Origin: Octopus bimaculoides | Taxonomy: Eukaryota | Assembly: GCF_001194135.2 (NCBI RefSeq) | Contig: NC_068983.1 | Location: 95,052,364 to 95,105,519 of the forward strand | Length of the DNA stretch: 53,156 nucleotides | Direction of reading: 5' to 3' | In this document: one piece after another, positions 24,758-42,954 of the stretch | How positions within the stretch are numbered: the first letter of the stretch is position 1 | Layout: the number at the start of each line of letters is the position of its first letter | The notes under the pieces: model-generated | The model's input: the letters and a program-made list of their open reading frames with translations, nothing else | Databases searched by the model: none | Told to the model about the DNA's origin: nothing | Program-made: the position numbers and the translations under genes

Positions 24758-25120
24758 TTAATCACAAGCTTTGTTGGAACTCCTGGAGTCATGCGTGTGT
24801 AGCGGGCTTGCTACCTGCAGCCTACGGTACCATGCTATTTGTACTTTTCAGCTATCTAATACTTTCCTGGTTAATCTGGCCGTGCTAAGGAGGCAAATCT
24901 TTTGTAACAGTTCTACTGGGCACACTATTCCAATCTCTTTAATGTTCCTCTTGATGCTTTCTGATTCTGTCCCCAAGGACCCAACAATAATTGCTACTAG
25001 CTTCACCTTCATCTTCCATAGCCCGGATATTTTGTACTTAAGAAGGTTGTATTCATCTATTTTTTCGCCTTCCTTCTTGACTATTCGTGGGTCAAAGGGC
25101 CACGCAATTACTATTATCAT
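24688..25120 (-). mobile_element. 5'-truncated RLE-type non-LTR retrotransposon (R4/Dong-like) with (TAA)n tail
   Basis: ORF part IIVIAWPFDPRIVKKEGEKIDEYNLLKYKISGLWKMKVKLVAIIVGSLG..LLQKICLLSTARLTRKVL resembles the restriction-like endonuclease C-terminus; short 3' UTR then (TAA)n on the minus strand. Confidence 0.7.
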
Positions 25121-25122
25121 CA

Positions 25123-25265
25123 TTAAGGTGGTGAGATGGCAGACAGACTCTTTAGCATGCCCGGCAAAATGCTTAGCGGCACTTTGTCTGTCTTTACAAT
25201 CTGAATTCAAACTCCGCCGAGGTCGACTTTATCTTTCATCCTTTTGGTGGCGATGAATTAGTAAG
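25123..25265 (+). mobile_element. Family B SINE, 3'-truncated
   Basis: AAGGTGGTGAGATGGCAGA...AAAATGCTTAGCGG...AATTCAAACTCCGCCGAGGTCGACTTT. Confidence 0.75.
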
Positions 25266-25469
25266 TTGGGCTGTGGAAGAGCAGAAACTGTAGAACACTG
25301 AATTTATGGTATTTAATCTTGTCTCTCTATACCTTAAGCTGAATTCCCTGCCCAAGTTTTGAAACCAAGAATTTTATGTCAAATTCCTAAGGAATGTCAT
25401 TTTTGTCTACTTCCGCAATGTAAAAGTAAGAAATAGCCCTAGATTATCAATTCTCCCAACAGCATAGCA

Positions 25470-25920
25470 CACGTGTTTGGCAATGTGGTTATACAATACA
25501 ATTGCAGTCACACAGCAATACACTGGATACATGTGTAAAAAAAAGAAGCATATATTAAAAAATAATGTCACACAAAATACAATAAGAAACAAACGAGAAA
25601 AATTCATCGTGAGAAAATTAAAACACAAGAGTCGGAAGTCGGCAGTCGACTCGTAAACTTTGTCTAGTTTTCTTGGTTAATAGATATAGGTTTATTGAAA
25701 AAGACTATTGTTTGATTTCTCTTCTTCCTAAATGTATTCACGTGATTCGCAAATGACAAAGGCAAAGGAATTTTATAACTAACAATGAAATAATAGATAA
25801 ATAAATAAATATGAAGAAAACCACGAGAGATATGTAGTCAGGTTCCCTATAAATACCGCTTGTGCAGTTCCTCAACTATCATTCGAGAAACTAAATTCGC
25901 TTCGAACAAATTAACCAAAG
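25470..25920 (+). promoter_or_regulatory. Gene 2 proximal promoter and non-coding exon 1: E-boxes (25470-75, 25530-35, 25738-45), TATAAATA 25848-55, donor GTGAGT at 25921
   Basis: Same elements in the same order and spacing upstream of gene 3; acceptor AG at 26553-54 lies 9 nt before the ATG. Confidence 0.7.
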
Positions 25921-26563
25921 GTGAGTGAAGAAAAGTTCCGTTTAACTTACATTTTTTTTGTCTGAAAGTTGATCACATGTCCTTCTATGTTTGACTTATT
26001 CTCGATGCAGCAGTGCAGTATGTCACACTCTGTACAGCAACACTGTGTCACTCTCTCCTTTGCAATACACTGTCATTTTCGGTAGCACAATACAGTGGTC
26101 ATTGTGCAGCAACTCTATTGGCTTCCTATACAGCTACAATATGTGTCATTCTAAATACACCAACAGACCGTGGTTTATTCTCTGTACACAGAGTATGTCA
26201 TTCTCTCTACAATACATACCGTGAAAAAGAAAGAGACAGAGAAATAAGGATTTCACTCTAGTATTGACTCCGAATGGAAGAAAGGCTAAGTTGACTTCAG
26301 AGCGTAGACATCCAAAACTAATACTACAAGACAGTCTAACCGAAGCTGAAACGACTCGCCTTATACATACATACTTTTCGCAGCGTGGTTTAAAGTTCAA
26401 AACTTGTAGTTATACCTACATTAAATCATAGCTTATCCAGTATCACTTGTGCATAATTGTTACATAAATATTGTACATGTTGTAATGGTTGTCAATAAAT
26501 GTATTTATATTAGTTTACAATATTCATTTATTCATACTTTAATTTTATTTACAGAAAAACAAA

Positions 26564-31523
<4,960 letters not shown>

Positions 31524-31894
31524 TAAGCAAACGCTATAACATCATACTTAATAACCACTTCAACATTCAACATTTGCTGTTAAAAATCAACGGTTTCTTG
31601 TGTACTTTTATACTGAACTCCTCTGCAATTCATCGATTCGGTTCAGTGCGATTTATAAGCAATACATAAATCATAAGCAATACATAAAAATTTATCAAGA
31701 TGGACCTTGGTTCTGCTGAGTGGCTAAACGCTCTCATAATCACTTATTCACACATGATACTAAATTATTTAATATTCACGGTCAGTTGCTGCCAAATCCG
31801 GAGTAAGAGTTAATCATTGAATCAACGTTTGTGTCTATACATGTATGCATACATATGTACATATCTATAAAGTCTGTGTACACCTGTACGTGTA

Positions 31895-32134
31895 TATATG
31901 CATTTATGTATGTATGTATGTATGTATGTATGTATGTATGTATGTATGCATGCATGTATGTATGTAAATTATGTATATATACGTGTATATATATATGTGT
32001 ATGTATGCATATATATATAAGCATATATATATATTATATATATATGTTATATATATGTATATTATATATATGTATATATTATATATATGTATGTATGCAT
32101 ATATATATATTATATATATATATATATGTATATG

Positions 32135-32185
<51 letters not shown>

Positions 32186-32410
32186 TGTATATATAATGAA
32201 TATATATGAATATGCATGAGTAAATGAACATGTATATGTGTGTACATATGTGTATGTATATGCGTATATATCTATCTATATATATATATGTATATATATA
32301 TATACATAGATGTACATATGTATATATGTATGTATGCATGTACGTATGAATGTATGTATACATATGCTGGTATGTATATGTATATATATGCGTGTGTATC
32401 TATGTATGTG
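31895..32410. repeat. Large compound (TATG)n/(TA)n low-complexity tract
   Basis: Direct observation. Confidence 0.95.
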
Positions 32411-34049
32411 TGTTCGATTCCCGCAACCGATGTTATTTACACCTTCTCCTCCTCTTTTACAGAGTGTATGTGTATGTGTGTGTGCATGTATGAGTGTGTG
32501 CGTGTACATAATATAAACGTTAATGCTGTAGCATTGCCTGCGGGATTCGAGCACCGCGTTTATATCCATATTAATTATTATTCTGAAAAATCAGCGAAAA
32601 TATTAATCTACTAATCAACTGAACTTTCAAGTACATGTATACAACACACACACACACACACACACACACATGCTAACACACAAACATAACTATATTTATA
32701 CTAATACATACGTATTTATGCAAAAATATTTTTAAATGTATGTGCATACTCACTTTTGTTATAAAAAATATACCTCTATATTATAAGCGATATAACCTTC
32801 ATATAAACAATGTACCTATGCGTTATAAAAATTATATGCCATGATATTGAATAATAAAATTATTTATTAAACAAAATGTTTGTGTTATTGTTTATATCTA
32901 CTTCTTCGAAAAAGTATCAGTTATGTACTGGAGTCAATTTCATTCAATGAGCTTTTCTCCAGTATATTTAGGGAAGGAGGGTTATGCTGCGTAACAAAAT
33001 TATGTTATTCGTATGCAAAAAGGGCAGAAGAAAATATGCATTGAATTCTCAGTGTTGAAACCCTCTTGGAAGTGATAGAAGCTTCAGTGTAAATGCAAAT
33101 GCCGATTAAATATTTAGGAGTTTGAAAACCAGTGTGCCAATGTGTTTTGGTAGATTGGCGGTAGAAAGTAGATGTGAGATCAATCTTACTTTAGATAGAA
33201 TGCCAGTTTTTTACAACTTACATTTTCATATTACACTGTAACACCATTTTTGTCCTTGAGTAGCAACTGTTATTTCATCTTTGCTTACCCATAGAAAATA
33301 TGAAAAATGGCTATTTTCTTCAAACATTACTTTTGTTACATTTATTCAAACCCCTAAGAATTCCTCGCAACACATGGCTATGATGCTCCCCCACAACTCC
33401 TGCTCATGATCAGCGATGCATATATTGTCAGCCACCAAGGAACAAGCTCAAGTGATTAAAGTCAAGCAAATCTGTGGTATTGAGCAGAATATTTGCTATA
33501 ACGATATTTCTGCTTCGGCAACTCAGCACCGAATCCATCAGAAATATAATGGAAAACAGGTCAATTTCAAAACATTGATGTCCCAAGTCACAAATGCAAA
33601 GTTTGAAGAGAATAGTAGTCATTTCCTTCGGTTTCTAGATAGAAGCCAATAAGAAACAGCATTCACTGGCCAAAGACAAAAGAAAATAATAAAAAAGTTT
33701 GTTTCACTGTTATTTGTTGCTTTTTCCTCCTGATAGCTATGAGAAGGATATTTTTGTTAGCTGCTCAGATGAAAAGGTGATGTGCCCAAAGCGTTTTTGC
33801 AGATGCTCCCAAATTGGTGAGATCGATATCCTGAAATTATCTACACTGGAGAGAGAATTCAATTCCATTCCTTTGGACTGTTGTTTAGCCCCGTCTAATC
33901 CTCAACCACGTCTAATTCTCAACTCCAACTTTTCTTCAGACGGTTTTACAGAATGAGACAGTGGAATTGCTGTGCGAGAGAGATATTTAATTGTTACTTT
34001 TAGCTAGTGAAGCTATTATGTATACGTTCTTCTGCAGTTCTGATAAGGA

Positions 34050-35200
34050 AGGACTGATTAAAATGTTTGGTGTGAAATTCGGGAGGTGAAATGTAGCAAA
34101 GATAACGAGAAAAAGACAGGTTGAACGTGAACGAAGGAGATACACAGCTGATTAATTCAAAGCAGAAGATGTTGTAGTAGATGAAGAAGAGGCAATGAGA
34201 AGAAACGGTGTGTCTGTGATCTAGTGATTTTGGAATCTTGGTCGTGAATTGTTTCCAATTAGCTAAACAGCCATCTTATGGATTTGATCTACGAAATTAG
34301 CGGACATAGCAGTTTGTGTATGCAGTTTAGTATGATAGAAAAGGCTTGACTCATAACATTCATTGGCTCACCGAAATTAGTGAGATCGACAAGGTTGATG
34401 ATCTTCATAAACAGCTACAAGTTAACGGCTACAGAGAAAATATTAGCAGAGAAGGAATTCCAGACGGAAAACATTCTGGGGATGAAAGACTGAAAGATCA
34501 CTTAGTATTAGTCATGAAAAGAGAGACGAGTATGTTCAGTAGGCTCAACTGGAGGTGTCACGTGACCAGCCAGCTCAGACGAGCAGAGGTCACTTTAGTA
34601 TTGTTAAAAATAAAATGTTGAGAGAGACGACAGCAAGGTTGTGAGCCAGTTGAGGTGTGTCGGTGAATGACACCATGTCACTCAGTCAAATGGCTTTTTA
34701 AGAGATGCAATCTACAATATCTGAATGTGTAGTAACAGCTCATCCTAATGGAATGAAGCTGCTTCCATATGAATTTCCTGTGAGTTTTGTATAGGGCTGA
34801 TATATTTTCTGACCCCAAAAGTGAATAAGAGTATTTAGCAGGCAGCTTTTTCTATGTTGAGAATATGATATCACCAGAAAAGATCTTCAGTGATAGTAGT
34901 GCTAAATATTTGTAGCGAGTTTGATTATTCTAGTTGTTTGATCATCTGCATTGAAGGCGTTGTTATGTACATTATTGATGCATAGGAAGATGATAAGCCT
35001 GAACTTTGGGAAGACCGGAGTTGATAGAGTGTGATGGAATCTCTCAAGAAGCTTCTGGTTCATGACAAGAGAAATAGATGGAGAAGATAGGCAAGTAGTT
35101 CATTGAGGAGATTCGTAGTATACACTTTGCTTTTGTTAAGTGTAACAATAAAGTTTTTACCAATTTTTTCGAGAAAGGGCGATCCTATCTCACTAACCAG
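34050..35200 (-). mobile_element. Highly degenerate LINE RT remnant (CR1/Jockey-like)
   Basis: Reverse strand near 34950-35030 reads INSGLP..SGL..FL.CINN...ADD with frameshifts, resembling the GVPQGS..LF..YADD RT motifs; boundaries approximate. Confidence 0.5.
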
Positions 35201-35405
35201 TAAGTGACATAGAAGAGAAAATCATCATTAGATCTGGCTTTATGAAAATCTTAATTTATGAAAGAGGGTTTCAAGATACATACATACATACATACATACA
35301 TACATACATACATACATACGCACACACACACACACACACACACACATACATACATACATACATACATACTACATACATACATACATACATACATACATAC
35401 ATACA

Positions 35406-35436
<31 letters not shown>

Positions 35437-36169
35437 TTAAGCTCAATATAGAAATACAGCAACACTTTGCAGTGGAAGTGAATTCACAACATATAAGTAG
35501 ATTTTCTAATACATTAACCTTTCTACTGACAAATAATTCAAATAAAAAATTGGAAGTCAATTCAACACTATACCAGAAGAAATTCCAGCGTGTCAGAGTA
35601 GTGTTTAGAACAATGATTTTATGACAGAATATTATCTATCTTTTAAGTTTTGCATAATTATTTCATTAAAAAAAAATTATAATAAAGTGTCGAACATGGT
35701 AAGGCTAGGATAAGAGGAGGTTATCAGCCCTTCAATCACACACCAAAACAACTTTCTTTTTTTGCATAATGATATGATACCTCATGTGTAGAAAACAAAT
35801 TCGCAAAACTTCTCTGAAAATTCCAAAAAATAAAAAAGTTATGAGGGGTTATATGGCGTGCTTAAAGCAGAATTCCACCTGAAATTGTACTGCCTAAGTT
35901 CTCATGTGTCTGTCTCCGAGCATATATTTAAGCGCCTCAACGTGTATTTCACCTATACACGTACGCACAACACTACAAATGTATTTTTCACTATCTTTCT
36001 CCAAGAAAACAGTTGTTTATTCACGGTAATATAAAAAATTTCCACTTTGTTCTTGCCCCCGTTTCTTGGCGAATTATATACAACCTGCTCGTGACGTGAA
36101 CAACTACGACTTACTCTGTGGCTAATCAGCAATTGTCAGTATTTCAACAACAGTTGGTGAAATGAATAG

Positions 36170-37065
36170 TTACCATAGCATTTAGATACTCCAAGAAAAC
36201 ACTATTTTCATATATTCTAATTTTTAAAAAATTTATTATTATTGTTATTCATTCTGAACACCATATTTATTCAAAACTCACAGCTCCCCTTCTAGCAGTT
36301 ACTGACATAGCAGAACAAGTTGATGTCAGCCCCAGAACAGCTGTCAGGTATTACCACAAACTTGGCTACTATGGCAGAACAGCAAGAAGAAAGCTCCTTC
36401 TTCAACCAGCCAAGCCAATATAAAGTGGAGAAAAGATTGGGCCAGTGAGATGATAGAGTAGCCACTAGCATTTTGAGGCACTATCATATTCTCTGATGAG
36501 TCCATATTTGCTTTATTTTCTGACAGTGGTCGAGTGTGGGTCTGGAGACTGTGTGATAAAAATTCGACATGAAAAGATTGCTGCCAACATTGAAACAAGG
36601 CAGCTATTTTGTGATGGACTAGGGAGGAATTTGGAGCAATGGTCAATTAGAGCTGGTTGAGTGTGATGGAAACACAAACTCTGATAAATATATGTCCATG
36701 TTGCAGAAAGGACTCCTTCCAATCTTTTCCAATGGTGAAATGATTAAAGAAGATTATTTATGGAAGATGGGGCTCCTTGTCACATGGCTAAAAAGACCCA
36801 AGATTAGTTGGAAAAGAACGGCATTAAAAAACCTCCATGACCAAGCCAGTCACCAGAGAGGAACCTCAATGAACACCTCTGGAACATAATAGACAGGACA
36901 CTTCATAAAAAGAACAAGAAAGCATTCTCAAAGCCAGACCTTTTGAGATTACTACATGAAACTTGACAAGAAATTCCCCAAGAGAATATTCGTTATCTGA
37001 TCAGTAGCATGCCTTATAGAATCCTTGCACTAAAAACTACAAAGGGCATATCTACTAAATATTAG
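36170..37065 (+). mobile_element. Degenerate Tc1-like (DD34E) transposase remnant
   Basis: GYYGRTARRK, IFSDES (36487-36503), EDGAPCH and PSQSP..NEHLW; 34 codons between D36766 and E36871; TIRs not identified. Confidence 0.8.
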
Positions 37066-37159
37066 ATATTCACATTATAATAATTGACAAATAATTTGAA
37101 TGTATAATTTCAGATTTAAATAAATTTTAATGATTATAAGGGTGTATATTTACTTCTGT

Positions 37160-37227
<68 letters not shown>

Positions 37228-37814
37228 CGTGTGCGAGAAAGAGAGAGAGAGTACGTGCGTGTGTGTATGTGTACATAGAATAATACATCTCGAGGCATAC
37301 ACAAAGTTATGAATAACAGCACGTAAATATTGCACTGAATAACTCCTATCAGATAGAAAAGTCGAAGGCTGTCTGAAGGACTTGGATCCACATTTCCTGT
37401 ACACATGACAGACGTTCTATTATTGGACCAAAGTAAATCTTCGAATGTCTATCTCCATTTTAGAAACTTTATTCTTCCCAGGGAGAATTGGATGTTGCTG
37501 ACGTCATAAGAATTTCGTTAACTGTATAGAGAATGTGAATTTTTACATACTCTCATAAATGTAGATATAGATAATCATTTCAAAAAAAGAATTATGAACC
37601 CGTAGACGATTATGACCGTCACAGACAAATTATTCTATCCTGTATGTTAAAAATAACGGCTGTCGTCTAAGGCCGTGCTGAGATTAAAAATCAACATCTT
37701 GCAACAACACAAGACTCACAAATCCAGGTGGTCTAGAAACAAACAAGTGCAAGACCTCCGTCTTTATAATGAGGTGGATGTAATTTCGGAATTTCTTTGT
37801 CTAGAGAGATGCCT

Positions 37815-37853
<39 letters not shown>

Positions 37854-38265
37854 CGCGCGCGTTTGATATTTTGAATGTGGATGACTTCTCTAAAATATTT
37901 TTCTCTGAACTATGTATCTACACGCCTAGTTTATTTATTGGAGATGTTCTTTTTTGCAACTAGATATGTTCTTTTTATTTTTTATTATCCAACTAAGGAG
38001 TCAAGCTGGCAGAATTGTTAGCACGCCGGCCAAAATGCCCATCTCTTCAAAGGCCATTGACTCTACTGAGTTCATCCGTCCTTTGACAAGTTTTGTTTCA
38101 CCCGGCAGGATTACCAAAGAAAAACCACCCTCCTTGCCAAGCAGACGTGGTAGGGTTACCGGTTTAGTCGGCGATGGATCGAACATGCGACAGGGGTACA
38201 TGTTACCAATAGCACTTAGTGTGACCTTACACACACATACATACATACATACATACATACATACA

Positions 38266-38293
<28 letters not shown>

Positions 38294-38297
<4 letters not shown>

Positions 38298-38745
38298 CAA
38301 GGCTAGTGTGCCAACGACTCTATTGTACTCTTCTGAAACACGGACAGCACACCGTAGGCATCTTATGGTGCTTGAGTGTTTTTGTCAGAAATGTTTGAGT
38401 AACATATTTAACATCAAGTGGCAAAGTAAAACACCTCACACAGAAACACTTGCAAAGGTTGGATGCACAAGCACCCAGTCACTCATCATATTTATTTGGA
38501 TGTATTGGGAAGGCTACGTTGTGCGTATGGAATATACTAGGATTCCAATGCAATTGTTCTTTTGTGAGCTGTGCGCTAGAAAGCGTCCTCTGAACAAACC
38601 ACGAAAAAGACTGCATAAAAAGCAACTGAGAAGAGCTATCTTTGGAAGGAGCTGAGTGAAGGAAACGTATAAAAGAACGTTGTGAAACTTTTGAAGAGAG
38701 TTGCTTTGATCACGACAAGCTCAAGCGTTGGCTTCTAAAAGGTTT
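38294..38745 (+). mobile_element. 3' fragment of RTE-clade LINE
   Basis: YKASVPTTLLYSSET..CQKCLSNIFNIKWQ..YWEGYVVRMEYTRIPMQLFFCEL..KRPLNKPRKR matches the post-RT C-terminus of RTE ORFs. Confidence 0.8.
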
Positions 38746-39171
38746 TCACCAGAACCTCCATGATAACCTAACGCGCTGGAGGTGTGAAACAAGTAGCTCT
38801 ATACTCCTTTCTAAAGCTGGATATGTCAACAATATCAAGTTCCATGTAAGATCAACTGTATGTTACAACTGTATAAAACGTCTTTCTTCCTTGACCGGGT
38901 GATTCGATGTGTGTAGTGTGTGGAAAGTTTTGTAAGTCGATATCAGGTTAGAAAAGACATACGGCTCTTTATAGAGATATTATCTCACAAACTGACTCAA
39001 TCAATCCAGCAGAACTTATAATTTCTTTCGTCTGTTATCTATTCTTCAAATCATGCAGATCTACAGCGGGACTGAATAACCATCTGAGAGGTCATGGACA
39101 GGATCAGAAATGCTATTGACAACGAAGACACTCAGAAAGATAGCAATCATCTGTGAGGATGAAGCAATCAG

Positions 39172-39224
<53 letters not shown>

Positions 39225-39225
39225 C

Positions 39226-39432
39226 TAGAATCGATGAAAGGCAAAGTCGACCTCGGCAGAATTTGAACTCAGAACATGAAGACGGACGAAATGTCGTTAA
39301 GCATTTTGGCCGAGGTCAACTTTGCTTTTCATCCTTTCGAGGTCGACAAAATAAGTACTAATTGAATACTAGGGTCGATGCAATCGACTTACCCTCCCCT
39401 TTGACATTGCTGACCTTATGCCAAAATTTGAA
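39226..39432. mobile_element. Head-to-head rearranged family B SINE pieces forming an inverted repeat
   Basis: Reverse piece 39233-39306 is joined to a forward piece starting at 39309; 25-nt arms with 2 mismatches. Confidence 0.75.
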
Positions 39433-39869
39433 ACTATTATTTATTATCCAACTGTGATGTTGGAAATGCAACTTGTTCTGCTGTTTACTCTGGCCACTGG
39501 AATAGTTAAAAGATCTTAATAGGCTTAGTTGACATGAGGATTGAATAGGTATGACGTCTGGGGGTTCAATTCATTAGGCGGTTTTCAAATAATAATCAGT
39601 GAACGTTAGAAAAAGAAGCATGATAAAAGGTGTGGATAGGGATTTGATGAGCAAGTAATGGCAGTGTTCTCCTTGAGGGATTTAAGCAGTGAGATGTTAG
39701 TGTGTGTGAGAGAGAGACGTTGTTGTGAGACTCTTGTTGGAGAGTGGGTGTGGTCTGAGATACTTTGAGAGAGGGGTAATTACTTTTTTGTGTGTGACGC
39801 CGAGTCAGGCTTGATTCAGTAGTCTTATGTAGTCGGGCGAACGACGAAATGTGATCAACAGACCCATCT

Positions 39870-40330
39870 TCCCTGTTTATACAATGTTTCTGTATAACTG
39901 AAGTCTACATAGTACTCGTACATACAACATATTTTTCTTTTTGTCAGATGTTCAGCAAAAGCAATGTAGTGTTTTCTTTGTGACTTGTTTGAAAGAGTTC
40001 CTGTGTTGATATGGTTGGCTTTTAATTGAGTTCTCTATTGAGCCGATATAAGAATACAGTTTCGCCGTTGTTTTTCAATTGCAGTGGCTTGTTATAAGAC
40101 AGTTACTCGTGCATTAGTCTCCCAAGGGACATGGCTCACTATTTCGATAATTGCTGTTATTCTTTGGTTAATTCTGTTTACATTGTATTGAAGGAATCTA
40201 TGGTTATGCATCAGAATGAAGAGGTTGTGTATTAAATGGGCTTTACATTAATCTGGTGAATAAATTATATTTGTTGTCACTGTGGAAGTGTCTGTTCATT
40301 AACACGAAAAATTGTTTTTACACGCAGGTT
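39870..40330 (-). mobile_element. Degenerate Penelope-like GIY-YIG remnant
   Basis: Reverse translation: CPLGD*C...YSYIGSIENSIKSQPYQHRNSFK, similar in type to 22930-23540. Confidence 0.55.
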
Positions 40331-40353
40331 TTAATGTTCATCATATTACTCTT

Positions 40354-40423
<70 letters not shown>

Positions 40424-40833
40424 ATTGGATAAGTTATATGGCATTGTATTTTTGAGGGCCTGTGCTAGATTGTAAATGTATTCGGCTCTGAGGAAAATTG
40501 TTTCATCGGAGAAGAGAATGCTTATTTCTCTAGTTATTTGCTTTATAACGCGATGGAATGTTGGATTCTAGGTGTGTATACAAAGATTTGTTGTAGATTT
40601 ATAAAGGATTTGTACTAACTAGAGGTTAAAGTTCATAGTTGCATCTGAGAAGTTGGCAGAAGTTGATTTTTATATCTAATAATTAAGTTAAGGTGTCGGT
40701 GACTTTCTCCTAAGCATGTTGCCGCTGCACCTTTTTCGGCTTTCGGAAATATTCGTGGTCCCCATATAATCCCTTACTAATATTGTTAGCACACTCTGGA
40801 CAAATTAAGATGATCAGTGTCGCAATAAAGTAG

Positions 40834-41267
40834 CACGTGTTTGGCCAGGTGGATAGACAATGCAATTTCAGTCATGAGGCAAAACACAAGATACACGTGT
40901 GGAAAAGCTAAAGTTAGAAAATACAACAGGAAAAAATAACTCAAAGGAAATACATAAATAGCGTGAGAAAAACAAAACAAAAGCGAGAAATCCACATTTG
41001 GCTCATAAACTATGTCAAACTTATGGCTTCTGTCTAAAAAAAGAACTATTGTTTTGAAATTTGCTTCTTCCTAAACTTATTCACGTGATTCGCACGTTTC
41101 AAAAGCAAAGCTAATTTGCAATTTATAATAAAATAAGCAATAAATAAATTAATAAATAAGAAGAAAGACTAAAGGAAAGGTAAAATCGAGTTCCATATAA
41201 ATACCATTGGTTTTTACAGAAACTTCATTCGAGAAACGAAGTTTGACTTGAAACAAATTAATCAGAG
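40834..41267 (+). promoter_or_regulatory. Gene 3 proximal promoter and non-coding exon 1: E-boxes (40834-39, 40894-99, 41081-88), TATAAATA 41196-203, donor GTGAGT at 41268
   Basis: Collinear with the gene 2 promoter; the exon shares CATTCGAGAAAC and AACAAATTAA with gene 2 exon 1. Confidence 0.7.
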
Positions 41268-41738
41268 GTGAGTGAAGAACAGTTTCTAGTTATATTTCCT
41301 TTAAATTGATTTTTTTTTCGGGGGGTGGGGGATAAAGATCATTTCGCTTTTTGCTTTTTTTATTGTTTCTTTTCTTGTTTTACCTGGAAGCTTATAATTT
41401 TCATTAATCAAAATCACAATTTACAAACTGCAGTGAAGTGAACCGCTATGAACGGAGAACTCTAGTTTGAAACATGGTACCTACGTGACTTTTCTAGAGC
41501 CTCAAGAGAAATTGAAATAGCAAACGACTTACATCTAAATTTTACAATGGAGTGATTATCTTTCTCTATTCTTCGTGGATAGTCAAGATCCCAGAGCATT
41601 AGATTTCACATTCTTTGCGTTAAGTCGAACTTAACGATTTACTTCTTTTTGAGACATCTAACAGTTGACCAGTGCTGACAGTATACGAATAGCCAGTCCA
41701 TTGACTGAACATCTGCAATTTCCTTGTTTCGTTACATC

Positions 41739-41790
<52 letters not shown>

Positions 41791-41795
41791 CTCTC

Positions 41796-41828
<33 letters not shown>

Positions 41829-42954
41829 TTATATATATATATATGCCTAAAATTTACAAGCAGAATTTAATAGTTTTATGTGTGCATGTTTTCAAATTGT
41901 TGACTATTCTGGTTGAGACACAGTTGACAACGCAAGGCTATGGAATCGCAAACATCAAGAAACATTAAACACTCTCAGTTCCTTGATTGTTGTTGATCTT
42001 GTACCATAACCATTATCTTTTAAGTATCCCAATAAAATAAATTCCAGTGCTACGAGGTCCGGTGAAAGCTTTCTTCTGAACCTCTTCGTCTAAACCACCT
42101 CCCTGGCAAAATCGCATCAAGATAGGTCCTTACATTACTGTTAGTGTGGGGATACCCGCCATCTTACTGGAAATGGAATTTCACACTTTCAAAATACTTC
42201 TGAATGCTTAGCATGACAAATTGTGGCAGCAAGTTCAAGTAAATTGGACCACTCACAGTACCATAAAACAAAAAAGGTCAAATTAATGCTTTTAATGACA
42301 GGTCATGTCATAAATTAACATGCTTTTCTATAAATAACATGCTTTTCTATAAAATGCTTTTCTGTAAAATGTAGATTCTCAGATCCGCAGTAGGTGCAGT
42401 CGTGACACTTAATTAATTACGCCAATTAATTTAAATGTAACATCATCACTCAGGACAATTTTGTAGGAAAGTGTTCATCTTCTACACATCTTGGCAAGTG
42501 TCACTCACAAAACAACACTTTTCGGCCCGAATCGTCTTCAATGAGAGCATAGAGTGTAACTTTTCCAATGACAGCGCTTCAAAATGCGATGAATGCTCGT
42601 TTTCGAAATTTCTATTGAACTCTAACAATACATTTTGAGTACCCTATCGTGCTTTGTGTGGTTCATCAATGTCCGCTGTCTTCCGGAACGTTTCTTGTGG
42701 ACATTCTGAGCAGTTTTATCTGCTTCAGACTTATCTCTAATTCGAGGGACGGTACATCACGTTTGAAACTCTCTACTAAACTGTCTTTGCATATTGGATT
42801 GAGTTTTAAAAACTTCCAGTCGCACTTTAGAGTAAATTTCCTTTTTTCAAGGCTTAGTCTGGTTCCTTTCATAATTCCAAAACGTTAAATCTCAAAAGAA
42901 ATGTGTGTGTGTGTATCTATTTATATTTCTAATTTCTATTTGCAGAAAACCATA

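Noticed and set aside
32525-32560. Minus-strand T-arm-like CGCGGTGCTCGAATCCCGCAGG
   Set aside because: Only a T-loop-like fragment; no D or anticodon arm, so not a tRNA gene.
33200-33960. Possible Tc1-like remnant and short ORFs
   Set aside because: No convincing catalytic motif or TIR pair could be identified.
34557-34566. Perfect GTCACGTGAC (CLEAR-type) palindrome
   Set aside because: Inside a decayed LINE, far from any TSS and without a paralogous counterpart; likely chance.
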